Source: Escherichia phage vB_EcoM_EC001
Strand: one strand, 5' to 3'
Sequence record: MN445185.1
Length of the DNA stretch: 64,000 bases
Shown here: positions 9,611 through 19,300 of the stretch, piece after piece
How the letters are laid out: every line of letters starts with the position of its first letter
How positions within the stretch are numbered: position 1 is the first letter of the stretch
Notes under the pieces: generated by a model
Database searches by the model: none
The model's input: only the letters and a program-made list of their open reading frames with translations
What the model was told of the DNA's origin: nothing
Program-made: the position numbers and the translations under genes

Positions 9611-9657
9611 ATAAAAGGTACCTACCTCCCTTCGGGGAGGTAGGGCCTTTATTTTCT
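9611..9657. terminator. Bidirectional intrinsic terminator (end of minus-strand operon and of 9033..9581)
   Basis: CCTACCTCCC-TTCG-GGGAGGTAGG hairpin flanked by A-run and T-run. Confidence 0.7.
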
Positions 9658-9661
9658 TTGC

Positions 9662-10333
9662 TTACATGCCGAGTGATTCGGACAATGTTTTTAATCCAGT
9701 GTAATCGCGCTTTTCAGCTAACTCACGGATTTGGCGTTTGTTATCTGCCATTGCTGAGTGCAACACCTGGTCGCGTGCAACAATAGCGGCCAACAACGCT
9801 TTACATTGGTCTACTGTAAACGGACTGTGCTTCGTATTCAGCGTATCGAGCCAGTATTCTGGTGCGGTATCTGCCTGAATGTATTGACCGAGGATGGTAC
9901 GCGACGATTCATCGGCTTGAAAGTGACTACCTTCAAACTCGATATAACCATGACGCTCATCTTCGTAGCGATGGTCAAGTTCCAACAGCATCTTCTGCAC
10001 GTCTTCGTAAATGTAACGTGCGGTAGATTTCAGATTCCCGCGAATTTCGTCGAGGTCAATCTCCAGCACATTAGCAATAAACTCTTTCGTGCGTTTCAAT
10101 GTGAATTTAGCTTCAATCTCCGACATCTCATACAGCTTCATGCGTGCCAGGGCTTCTTTATCAGACATCCCTTCGATGAGATGATAATGGAGCAGAGCGC
10201 AAAAGCCTGTACGGCCCTGATCCTGCGCACCGATTCGTTCCATGAAATTACCGTGACGATCAATCGGCAAATCACGCTGGAAATAACGGGCGCGGATCTC
10301 TTCGTTCGTTAAGCTTTTGTCAGTAACAGACAT
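9662..10333 (-). CDS. Hypothetical protein (last gene of the minus-strand operon)
   Basis: 223 aa ORF ending just before bidirectional terminator 9611..9657; no recognisable motif. Confidence 0.5.
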   Translation of the reverse strand: MSVTDKSLTNEEIRARYFQRDLPIDRHGNFMERIGAQDQGRTGFCALLHYHLIEGMSDKEALARMKLYEMSEIEAKFTLKRTKEFIANVLEIDLDEIRGNLKSTARYIYEDVQKMLLELDHRYEDERHGYIEFEGSHFQADESSRTILGQYIQADTAPEYWLDTLNTKHSPFTVDQCKALLAAIVARDQVLHSAMADNKRQIRELAEKRDYTGLKTLSESLGM

Positions 10334-10875
10334 TCGTCCTCCTCAATCAGGCCAAGTTCTAACAACAAACCGAAGTCCAGCATCTGGAAGTCCTGATCGA
10401 GGTTACCGGCCCACAACAGAGAAATGTTGTGTTGCTCTTCTTCTTCCAACTGCGGGAGCAGGTGTTCTTCGAAGATTTGACGTTCTGTGTAATAAGCGTC
10501 AACCGGGTTATTGGAGCGTAAGTTACGAATACGCATCCGCGGGAAAGACAAGCCCAAAGCCACTAAACTTTCAGGACTGGCTTCATCGATGGAATGACGT
10601 AGCAGTTCGATTTTGTGGCGTGGGTATGCGAGCAGTCGCTTCTCAAAGCCAGGGTTGCGCTTTTCGATTTCCGCGACAGACTCGTGTCCTTTCTCAACGC
10701 AGTAGACCGGGATCATCACATTCAGCCCGTATTTAATCAACAGGCTTTGGATTTCATCAGTGAAGTCTTCCCCTGCCACAATTGCGTGCACATTGTACAG
10801 CTTGCTTTTGCGCAGGAAGCGATCGACCAAGTGCAGTTTACGCTTCGTAAAATTGTGAATCAGTATTGACTTCAT
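10309..10875 (-). CDS. Hypothetical protein
   Basis: Start moved to the internal ATG (MKSILIHNF...) which has GGAG 7 nt upstream; overlaps the upstream rSAM gene by about 38 nt. Confidence 0.5.
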   Translation of the reverse strand: MKSILIHNFTKRKLHLVDRFLRKSKLYNVHAIVAGEDFTDEIQSLLIKYGLNVMIPVYCVEKGHESVAEIEKRNPGFEKRLLAYPRHKIELLRHSIDEASPESLVALGLSFPRMRIRNLRSNNPVDAYYTERQIFEEHLLPQLEEEEQHNISLLWAGNLDQDFQMLDFGLLLELGLIEEDECLLLTKA

Positions 10876-12166
10876 TCTGGGCTCCGTTTTGTAATTTTTC
10901 TGCTTCGGCACGTTGGCGTACACAACGTGAACAATAGCACATGGATTTATCATGCAAATCTGATGCGCGGGTCGTACCAGTTTTCTGATACCAATATTCC
11001 GCCGCCATCAGTTTCGCAGTAGTCCAACCACACTGACGACGCTCGGCGTGATACGCTTTACGGTCTTCCAGTGTACCTTCACCGTTTTCGTACGATGCTG
11101 CTGCGCAGCTACCGCAACTGTGTTTCATCGGACACCCTAAACAGGTTTCTGGGTAGTTGGTGTACTGCGTTTGAATCTCTTCTAACAGCTTACCACCGTC
11201 CAGGCTCACAAACTCACGACCGACCAGTTCTGCTACAGCAGAGCGGGAAGTTACCGTGGACATGAAACGGTTACAACCGTAAATCTTGCGATCAAAGCCG
11301 AGACAGGTCATGTGCGTCAACGTACCGCAGTACGGTTTCAGGCGTTCTGGGTCGAGACGAACAGAGTCGTCATGTAAGAGTTTGTCACGCCAATCCGGGT
11401 CCCAAGTTGCCATAAAGTTCAGGCCATCCGGGATGATGTGCGTAATCGTGTTACGCGGGTTGGTGTGCAGACCCTTCTCAATCCAGTAGTCCATCACGTC
11501 CATCATCTGGTTCGCGATATCCAACGCCATATGGCGCGGCAGGATATCTTCGTACGTTACATTACCAGAAATGGTACCACCGCCGGACATGTCAATTAAC
11601 GATTTCATGCTGGCGGCATAGTGCGGCAATGTATCGATCGTGAACGTCGCCTTTACGCCCAGCTCAGCGATGCCGACACTCTTCAGATAATTGTAACCGC
11701 GTACCGCAGCTTCGTACGACCCTTCACGCGTCGTGGTAAAGATACGATATTTGTCATGGACTTCAGGTAAACCATCGATGGAGACCCCAATAGACAGTTT
11801 GTCTTTCCAGCGCTCGATAATTTCTTTGTTCAGCGGACGGTCCAGAAGTGTACCGTTCGTGGAGATACTGAACATATACGGGCGATTGTGTTCTGCGCAT
11901 AACTTCTCTGCGGTTTCAAAGGCCGCCAAAAGAAGTTTAGGCTGCATGAACGGCTCACCACCAATGATATCGATGATGACTTCAACGTTCGGGATATCTT
12001 TATCGCGCTCGAAACAAGCGTGGATAAAATCAATCACGTCTGCTACTTTGTTGTTACGAGGATATTTACGCTCGTAGCAGTATTCGCAGTCCAGGTTACA
12101 TGACAGGTTAGTCACAACCTGATACGTGCGTGGTGTGTACTGGATTTGCTGTTCGCTGTTACTCAT
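10838..12166 (-). CDS. Radical SAM enzyme with C-terminal Cys-rich (SPASM/twitch-like) auxiliary cluster domain
   Basis: CNLDCEYC (CxxxCxxC) near the N-terminus and GGEP SAM-binding motif; C-terminal clusters CGTLTHMTC, CLGCPMKHSCGSC (Cx2Cx5Cx2C) and CYCSRC. Start overlaps the upstream gene stop (ATGAGTAA). Confidence 0.8.
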   Translation of the reverse strand: MSNSEQQIQYTPRTYQVVTNLSCNLDCEYCYERKYPRNNKVADVIDFIHACFERDKDIPNVEVIIDIIGGEPFMQPKLLLAAFETAEKLCAEHNRPYMFSISTNGTLLDRPLNKEIIERWKDKLSIGVSIDGLPEVHDKYRIFTTTREGSYEAAVRGYNYLKSVGIAELGVKATFTIDTLPHYAASMKSLIDMSGGGTISGNVTYEDILPRHMALDIANQMMDVMDYWIEKGLHTNPRNTITHIIPDGLNFMATWDPDWRDKLLHDDSVRLDPERLKPYCGTLTHMTCLGFDRKIYGCNRFMSTVTSRSAVAELVGREFVSLDGGKLLEEIQTQYTNYPETCLGCPMKHSCGSCAAASYENGEGTLEDRKAYHAERRQCGWTTAKLMAAEYWYQKTGTTRASDLHDKSMCYCSRCVRQRAEAEKLQNGAQNEVNTDSQFYEA

Positions 12167-13073
12167 TGTTCGCCGCCCGTTTACGCTTAGCAGAAATTAC
12201 ACGGTTGATGTAGTTATACGCATCAACGCCGATAGAACGCGCCAGGCGATTACAGCCGACTTCCAATATCTCTGGGGCGTTCTGAATTTGCTCCTGCGTA
12301 CCGTCGGCGTTAAGCCACAGCACTTCACTGCACGTGTTGCACTCGGTATCGAACATTTTACTGATCGCAAGCCCACACTCAGAATCGTTCTGCATGTTAA
12401 GGCGTTCGATATTGTCGAGTATTTTCCAATACCCGTACATGAAGTTCATGACGTGGTCTGGCGATAACGGTTTCGGCATCATCGCATCAAACAGCAACGA
12501 CATACCACCTGGACGGTAATGATAGATTGCTCGGTGCAGCTCGATGAAATCTTCGTACCAGCGTTTATCGCCTAACTGGTCACGCGTCATCACACCCCAG
12601 GTGTAATAGTTGTCCAGCTCGTACAGCACTTCCAGCGCTTCGTGATTACCACCGTTTACAAAGTTCATAAACGGACGTTCCGACTTCTTGTAGCCGTCAA
12701 TGGACACAAAGATAAGGTCGAACTGTTTCAGCAACGGCAGATGTGATTTACGCATCTTTAAACCGTTGGTGTACATGTGATGACGGAGGTTCGGATGAGA
12801 CTCCTTCAACTCGTTCACGAAGTCTTCAATCTTACGCTGCGCTAACAGCGGCTCACCGCCCGTCCAATGAATCTCACCGATATCCGGATTCTTCTCTAAA
12901 ATCGAGAGAATCTCTTCACGTTGAAACTCACGAGAAGTATCTTCTCTATCCATGTAATAAGCCCCTCCACAGAAGCTACAGTCTAAGTTACACTTAGAAG
13001 TTGCGACAACCGACAGAATTGACGGTTTGTCGTACAGTTCAGACGAGATCCTGGATTCTACTTGATCTGTCAT
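12159..13073 (-). CDS. Radical SAM enzyme (second, shorter)
   Basis: CNLDCSFCGG (CxxxCxxC), GGEP motif, and C-terminal cysteines (ECGLAISKMFDTECNTC...GC) suggesting an auxiliary cluster. Confidence 0.75.
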   Translation of the reverse strand: MTDQVESRISSELYDKPSILSVVATSKCNLDCSFCGGAYYMDREDTSREFQREEILSILEKNPDIGEIHWTGGEPLLAQRKIEDFVNELKESHPNLRHHMYTNGLKMRKSHLPLLKQFDLIFVSIDGYKKSERPFMNFVNGGNHEALEVLYELDNYYTWGVMTRDQLGDKRWYEDFIELHRAIYHYRPGGMSLLFDAMMPKPLSPDHVMNFMYGYWKILDNIERLNMQNDSECGLAISKMFDTECNTCSEVLWLNADGTQEQIQNAPEILEVGCNRLARSIGVDAYNYINRVISAKRKRAANNE

Positions 13074-13094
13074 TGCAGGTTGCTCCAGTATTTT

Positions 13095-13982
13095 TTAAAT
13101 ATAATCAATGGCGAATAAAGGATCTTCGTCTACATTAGCGCCAGGCACCAGTAACATCGGGTCGTGATAGGCAGCTAAAATTTTGTTCAGGTCGGCGTGT
13201 CTTTCGTTCAGACGTTTCAAATCGGCCAACGTTACCGAACGACTACGAATCTCAGAAACAGCTTCTGCTTCTTCTTTCGTTAAATCCACCTTCGTTAAGA
13301 GGAAGCTTACCAGCTTACTCAAATCCGCTTCTGTCGCCGGGTAATCCCCATATCGAGTTTGAACCAGGTGTTGCATCCACGGCTTACGAATACGTTTGGT
13401 GATTTCAAAATCGTCAGTCAGCGCATACCAGACAGAACGCTTTTTATCCCACACGAACTTATAGCTATACGCCATCATGTCCGCTAAACGGGTGATGCCG
13501 AGTTCTTTATATCCCTCGATATCGATGTACGGTTCGGTGTCGAAATACGTTTCCGTATCGGCAGGTACCAGTACAAAGTAGTAAGGGAATGAGCCCAGAT
13601 AGTCCGGACTCCACCAACGGCGCGCCATCGGTTTTGCTTCGAGTTCGTCAAACGGTGTAAACATCAGTTCTAAATCGACACTGTTGTTCAGAATCCCTTC
13701 ACTGAAGAAATACTTACCGTCAACCAACACGCCGCGAGAGTTACCATCGCCGTTAAAGATAACGATGGCCTCTGCAACCATATCACGGATCTTAAACGTA
13801 TTTTCTACGGTGTAGTTCTTCTTGTCGGTCAAGAAGCGACCACGAACCTTTGGCCACTCACCAGGAATCTGTGCAATCAGTCTGACTTTGTCAGCGAGGT
13901 GTGCACGCACCGAATCTGGGGAAGATAGATGCAGCGGGTGGTTGAATGTGGTTTTATACGCAAGATGCAAATCGTTTTTCAT
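13095..13982 (-). CDS. Hypothetical protein between the Cys-rich genes and the rSAM genes
   Basis: 295 aa ORF in operon context; no recognisable motif. Confidence 0.55.
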   Translation of the reverse strand: MKNDLHLAYKTTFNHPLHLSSPDSVRAHLADKVRLIAQIPGEWPKVRGRFLTDKKNYTVENTFKIRDMVAEAIVIFNGDGNSRGVLVDGKYFFSEGILNNSVDLELMFTPFDELEAKPMARRWWSPDYLGSFPYYFVLVPADTETYFDTEPYIDIEGYKELGITRLADMMAYSYKFVWDKKRSVWYALTDDFEITKRIRKPWMQHLVQTRYGDYPATEADLSKLVSFLLTKVDLTKEEAEAVSEIRSRSVTLADLKRLNERHADLNKILAAYHDPMLLVPGANVDEDPLFAIDYI

Positions 13983-14004
13983 TTAATACTCCGAACGTTT
14001 TCTG

Positions 14005-14211
14005 TTATCGATTCCCCGCTCCACGGCTACAGCTTCCGCTGCAGGACCAGCTACACCCACCATTACAATTATAGTGAGAAAGCGGTAAGCCAGCCAGGTT
14101 ATTTGTGGTCGACACGGTGCCCTGGTTAGCGATATAGTTGTTTGCCTGTGCGGTTGTAATGTAACCTTCTGCCGTAACGAGACGGTTTCGAATAGTCTTG
14201 AGACTGATCAC
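14005..14211 (-). CDS. Cys-rich small protein, short paralog (precursor-peptide-like)
   Basis: 68 aa. N-terminal MISLKTIRNRL... resembles the other two; core HYNCNGGCSWSCSGSC. Confidence 0.55.
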   Translation of the reverse strand: MISLKTIRNRLVTAEGYITTAQANNYIANQGTVSTTNNLAGLPLSHYNCNGGCSWSCSGSCSRGAGNR

Positions 14212-14226
14212 ATAAGCCTCCGTCAG

Positions 14227-14631
14227 TTAGGAGTTAGGACCTGAACAACCACCAGAGCACGCACCTGAGCAGTTTGCGGAGCAGGATTTACCACAACCCC
14301 CAGAACAGCTGCCTGTGCACGTGCCGCTACAACCACCAGAGCACGAAGAGCTACAGCCCGTGCAGCTGCTGCTACAGCCCGATACACAGTTTGCGGAACA
14401 AGTCGACCCACAACCACCCGTAGCAGACCCAGTACACCCGCCAGAACAACTCGAGCAACTAAAAGAGCATGTGCCACCACAGTCATAGTGCGAACGGCCT
14501 TGACCTGCGAACAAGTCGGCGTTATTCGTAGCTTTATTGCGAATGTAGTTTTGCACATTCGTGGTGTTCTTTAAAGCGTTTGCATCGATCGTGTTTAATC
14601 GGTTATTCAGTTCTTTTAATCCAATTGCCAT
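14227..14631 (-). CDS. Cys/Ser/Gly-rich protein (precursor-peptide-like, about 20 Cys at C-x3-C periodicity)
   Basis: 134 aa. Conserved N-terminal segment MAIGLKELNNRL...; core DCGGTCSFSCSSCSGGC...CSANCSGACSGGCSG. Confidence 0.65.
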   Translation of the reverse strand: MAIGLKELNNRLNTIDANALKNTTNVQNYIRNKATNNADLFAGQGRSHYDCGGTCSFSCSSCSGGCTGSATGGCGSTCSANCVSGCSSSCTGCSSSCSGGCSGTCTGSCSGGCGKSCSANCSGACSGGCSGPNS

Positions 14632-14641
14632 TTAATCCCCC

Positions 14642-15034
14642 TTAGCGACCTGAACAGCCACCGGAGCAGGCTCCGGAACAATTGGAAGAACAAGAGCCCC
14701 CGCAACCACCTGTGCAGTTACCGGTACAGCTACTACTGCAACCACCAGAACAACCAGAGCAACCAGAACAGTTACCGCCACACGTCGAAGAACAGCTACC
14801 GATACAAGAAGCAGAACAGCTTCCTGAACAGCTCGAACAGCCATGCGAGCAACCGTTAGAGCACGTCCAAGAACATGTCCCGCCGCAATCTAGCTGTGCT
14901 TTCGTCCAACCCCCAAATCGGTCTGCCGCATTATGGGCTTTAGAGGCCACTTGCGCGTCGACGCGGGGGCCTGTCGCCATGTTAGCTTCGACTATCTGGA
15001 CGCGGTTTCTGACGTCTTTAATAGATATCGCCAT
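14642..15034 (-). CDS. Cys/Ser/Gly-rich protein (precursor-peptide-like), paralog of 14227..14631
   Basis: 130 aa. MAISIKDVRNRV... N-terminus; core DCGGTCSWTCSNGCSHGC...CSSNCSGACSGGCSG. RBS AAGGAA upstream. Confidence 0.65.
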   Translation of the reverse strand: MAISIKDVRNRVQIVEANMATGPRVDAQVASKAHNAADRFGGWTKAQLDCGGTCSWTCSNGCSHGCSSCSGSCSASCIGSCSSTCGGNCSGCSGCSGGCSSSCTGNCTGGCGGSCSSNCSGACSGGCSGR

Positions 15035-15040
15035 TACGCT

Positions 15041-15090
15041 TCCTTAAAAAGTAGAACGAGCGGACTATGTCCATAAACATAGTCCGGCTC
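15041..15090 (-). terminator. Hairpin (possible partial terminator/attenuator) between tail-fibre gene and Cys-rich genes
   Basis: CGGACTATG...CATAGTCCG 9-bp stem (15061-15069, 15078-15086); a short T-run follows on the minus strand and overlaps the RBS of 14642..15034. Confidence 0.35.
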
Positions 15091-15099
15091 GTAAACAAG

Positions 15100-16302
15100 T
15101 TACTTAGTACCCGCTTCAGCTTGAACATCGTCGCGCGAGGTGAGGTTGTTGTTGACGTGAACAGCAGCCTGCACAACACCGCCATACTGTTTATGGAGGT
15201 AATTCGGGTGTGGGTTATCCGCAGCCGCATGGTTCGCCAGATTCTGGTTTGCCTGCGAAATTGCGTTGGTGTTGTTTACAACCTGAGTTTTAAGACTGTT
15301 GATTTGTCCTTGCAGGTTATCAATTTGCTGTTGGAAGTCTTTGCCCTGATTCTCAAGATCCGTGACGCGCTGATTTGTTTTATTCAGTGCAGACTGAAGA
15401 TCGTTAACCATCTTCTGTAATTGCAACACCAGAGAATTAAGGTTAGCTAATGCTAACGACATTTTCTGGTAATTTTGAGCAACCACGTTAAGCTGGTCGT
15501 TCCACGCGGCTAACGAAGCCACAATTGCATCGATGCGTTGCCCCAACGCTGTGTCTGCTGCTCTTAAGTCGCCGATATCTTTGATAGTGGCGTCAATGGC
15601 AGTCTGTACACTTTGAATCAGGGCACGAATCTCCGTCTCCGTCAGGCCATTAACCTGATGAATGTCGAGATTGTGTACGTTACCTTCGGCGTTGATGTGG
15701 GTATTTAAGGCGTCGAGGAAGTCGTTTTTCAGACCACCCAGAATACCTTTAATTTCTTCCAGCTGTACTGCAGAGCCGGAGTTAATCGCATCTTTAATCC
15801 CCGCGAGTACGGTAATGATATACTCAAAACCGTAGATATCGCCAAGGTCTTTATACGTCGGGGCGGATGGGAACGTATCGGGTACGTTTCGAAGATCCTT
15901 GAAGTCCACCACGCGGTCTTCAATTTTCAACGACGCAATCGCTTGTCGGATGCCTTCGACGTTCGCGGACTGAAAACCACCAACGACTTGCGCAGAGACT
16001 TCGATATCAGTAGGAATGGCCGAGTTAGTTACCACCACACCCATGACCACTTCGCGGTTCTTGGTCATTTTCTGATATGCAGTATGTGCAAAAATCAGTT
16101 CGTAGTCTGTACCACGTTTGTACGGGTAGACACCTGGTTTATTCGCAGCCGCCAAGCGGAAGGTATCCGCGTAGAAAGCTCCGTCAGGAAATGCAAAAGC
16201 CCGGTTAACTTTACCAGAACCTAACGTAATACGCCGCGTAACGGCGTTCGACGTTAATGTCCCGGTAAGGTCGAGCGGGTACTGATAAATGATTTCGGCC
16301 AT
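15100..16302 (-). CDS. Tail-fibre-like protein with coiled-coil region
   Basis: Start at MAEIIYQYPLDL with AAGGAG upstream (track start 16338 is a 12-codon extension). N-terminal RGTDYEL domain shared with the three large proteins; heptad-like Q/L/N-rich segment. Confidence 0.6.
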   Translation of the reverse strand: MAEIIYQYPLDLTGTLTSNAVTRRITLGSGKVNRAFAFPDGAFYADTFRLAAANKPGVYPYKRGTDYELIFAHTAYQKMTKNREVVMGVVVTNSAIPTDIEVSAQVVGGFQSANVEGIRQAIASLKIEDRVVDFKDLRNVPDTFPSAPTYKDLGDIYGFEYIITVLAGIKDAINSGSAVQLEEIKGILGGLKNDFLDALNTHINAEGNVHNLDIHQVNGLTETEIRALIQSVQTAIDATIKDIGDLRAADTALGQRIDAIVASLAAWNDQLNVVAQNYQKMSLALANLNSLVLQLQKMVNDLQSALNKTNQRVTDLENQGKDFQQQIDNLQGQINSLKTQVVNNTNAISQANQNLANHAAADNPHPNYLHKQYGGVVQAAVHVNNNLTSRDDVQAEAGTK

Positions 16303-16349
16303 TGCCAAACTCCTTTGATTGGGGCTTCCTTGCCCCATAGCGCTATCTG

Positions 16350-19300
16350 TTAGGTACGGAACATAAGATTGACCTGGATAATATCAGGCTGTTGCCATCC
16401 TCTCTCGTTCACCCAATCGTGCGCAATCGTTAACGTAAGATCATCGCCATCCCACGCCACGATCGGTGGTGGGAATAAACCCTGAGCGCCCGTGGTAACA
16501 ACCGGAATTGCACCCGCCACATCCACAAACGTGTAGCTACGGCTGTTCAAAACAACTGGTGTGCCGTAGGTCTCTCCCCCCAATGGTAAGATTTGAATCT
16601 TACTATCCGAAAGATCGGTGGTGATTGGTAGTCCCCCCGCGTCCGTGAAAAGCCAAGAGCAAATATGCTGGTTGGCCATCTCAAGCGCTGGGGAACTCAA
16701 CACAGCAGCGAAAGTAAACGTACATGGCACGCCTGCGGGCAGAGAATGCTGTTTGTGATACACGGTATGTGGTGTCGGCATTAACACTTCTGGATTTTCA
16801 TCAATGTTAACATCCTTACCTTCCGCCTCGACGTTGTAGAGAAATCTATCTACCGTATCCCATGGGGCGATGTTGACATTAAAGGTCGTTTCTACTCCCG
16901 GTGTACCTGGGACGACGAATTTACTTTGTATCACCACTATCATCATTCCTGAGGTCGGAGAGAAAGCAGGCGTAGGGATACCCACCCACTCCATTCCCAA
17001 CGATGCCGCTTCACCGTTCTCATCGGCCGTTACCGTCGCAATTGTTGTAGGATGTTTCCAAAACGCCCCCGACTTGTTTGCCTGAGTAAACGCCGGCAAA
17101 GTTTTCAAGCCTTCGAAACGTTTGGAGACCATCGGTTTACCGCGACGCTGTGCGTCAGATACGGTATAAAGCAACTGACTATCCAGATAGCCTTTCGTAG
17201 CATCGATCGACAAAGGACCCATCGCTTCTTTACGCAATGGTGCCAGTCTGCCCGTTGCCGCATCCCTTCCCACTTCCACATCATGCTTATTCTCAACCGC
17301 CGCATGTTCCAACAGTTGTTTCACCGCACCCAATCGCTTAGCATGTTCGACGTTAGTCTCGACGACTCGCGACGAGCCCGTTTTAACATACCCGATATAG
17401 AGTTCCGTTTCAGTGTCTGGATGTTGAACCACGTCCATTACGTACTTCGGTGTACCATTTTCTACCTTGGCGTGCAGGTAGAATGTCCGGTTCTGATGGT
17501 TTGTTGGAAATGCTGCGCTGAGGTCAATATACCACGTAGGCAGCTTATAAGTGCTCGAGCCGAAACGCAGGTCAACTTCCTCAGTCACATATACCAGCCA
17601 ACCTTCAGCTGTTTCCACACCAGCAATGACGACCGATTCAGTCGGGCCACTAAAATTAGGAGCCGCGACAAAATCTCTCGACGACGTTGCGATACCACCA
17701 CAATAGACGTAGTCGAGAGATGAGTTGTGTAACATCACTTGATCGCGATGTGCCAGATAAGCTGGACTGACTGGAGTGTGTGACGGTGCCATACGTCCAA
17801 CGCCGTGTGCGGCAGAAGAACGCGTCCAAGTACCATTAGACAGCGTAAGACCAACAGCGTAGTTAAGCGCACCCAAGTCGCCAATCAGGCGCAAGGTTAA
17901 CGTGTGTGGAAGATACAACCCGAACTGCGTACCATCTACCGACACCATGGTAGGTTGTCCCGGCCGGCGTGTTTTTCCTCCCGTTATCTCTCCCAACGTA
18001 GCATAGTTCAAGCCATAGTCGAGGTTGTTATAGAAGTCAAACAATGCCAATATCGCTGCCGGGAATGTTACCTGCCCGTTGCTGATTGTTGGTTTCAGTG
18101 TAAAGTAGTAGATATCCAACACGTTAACGTTGTTCACAGTACGCGTACATGCTACTTGTGCTAACGTGAGCGGTGTGGCCGTACCAATGCCGATGAACCA
18201 AACAGAGAACAGTGCCTTTCCTGCGTTATTTGCGGCAAGGATATATTCCGAAGCATAACCATTCGCAGCGCCTGCCGGTGCTCCGTCGATGATCATCTGC
18301 TTCATCTTATTCCATTCAGCTTGTGACAGCGTCAACCGATCGGCATGAATCGTGAAAGTGCCAGAAACGTTGTGGTAAGGGAATGTTTCTGGCCCTGTGC
18401 AATACCAGCCGTTTAACTCTGTACCAGGCGACGCCGGTGTAACAATGTGGCACATCTGCGACAGATTCTCGTACGTGGTAGAATCCACTACACGACGATT
18501 GTTAGTTGGTCCATACCCCACTTTACCTGAGTAAGTGGTGTTCGGATCAAACTCAACCTCAATTGCCAAACGGGAACGTGGCTGTGACAACCAGATAAGT
18601 CTGGAATTCGCTCCCAGAGTCAGTGGATACGCCATACCCAGCTCGTAGATAGAACCACGACCTTGGTTTAACGTTACCGCACTAAACCTTCTGGCAGTGA
18701 AGTTGTAGTCGCACGACAGGTACTCGTACCAACTCACACCGTCGTCTAACGTGGTAATCGTGACAATTGGCATTAGGTCACGATCGCTGGCATGTCCTTG
18801 CGAAACGATATATTTGTCTTGCGATGTTGCAAAGGTTTGGTTATTAGCTTGACCTTCGCCCCACTTCCGGCTCGGAATCCCAATCTCAGCACCACCGTTA
18901 TAACGAACCGCGGTAAGATCAGCCACAATAGGGAATCGATCAGCCCCTTCCAGCGTTACCGTCATTGAACTGCAATCAACAACAAAGCTTGACACCCATT
19001 GTTTAAAGCTAATCGTCTGCCCTGTGCTGGAGGCAAACCAGACTGTTGGCGTTAAACCAACACGAAAGTTCAGCCCATCAACACCAATCGCGTGATTACA
19101 CTCAGGACCATGTACAAAGTTAGTTGCATTGTTCCACTTCGCTAACGCGTCTGCGTAGATCTGTGTAACTGGTGCTGGGAGCGCATCGGAAGGTGCACGT
19201 TTCTGTCCCTGTCGCAGATAAACGTTTTCACCCGACGTTAATATCCCGCCTGTTAACGCATCCGCCACAAACGTGTTGCTACCACCCGGATTAAGTTCGT

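Noticed and set aside
14223-15047. Antisense and alternate-frame ORFs over the Cys-rich genes (14223..14558, 14632..14844, 14682..15047)
   Set aside because: They are translations of the same repetitive TGC/AGC/GGC-rich DNA in other frames, giving Ala/Val/Leu-rich or Pro/Gln-rich products with no start context. The minus-strand Cys-rich frames have RBSs and conserved paralogous N-termini.
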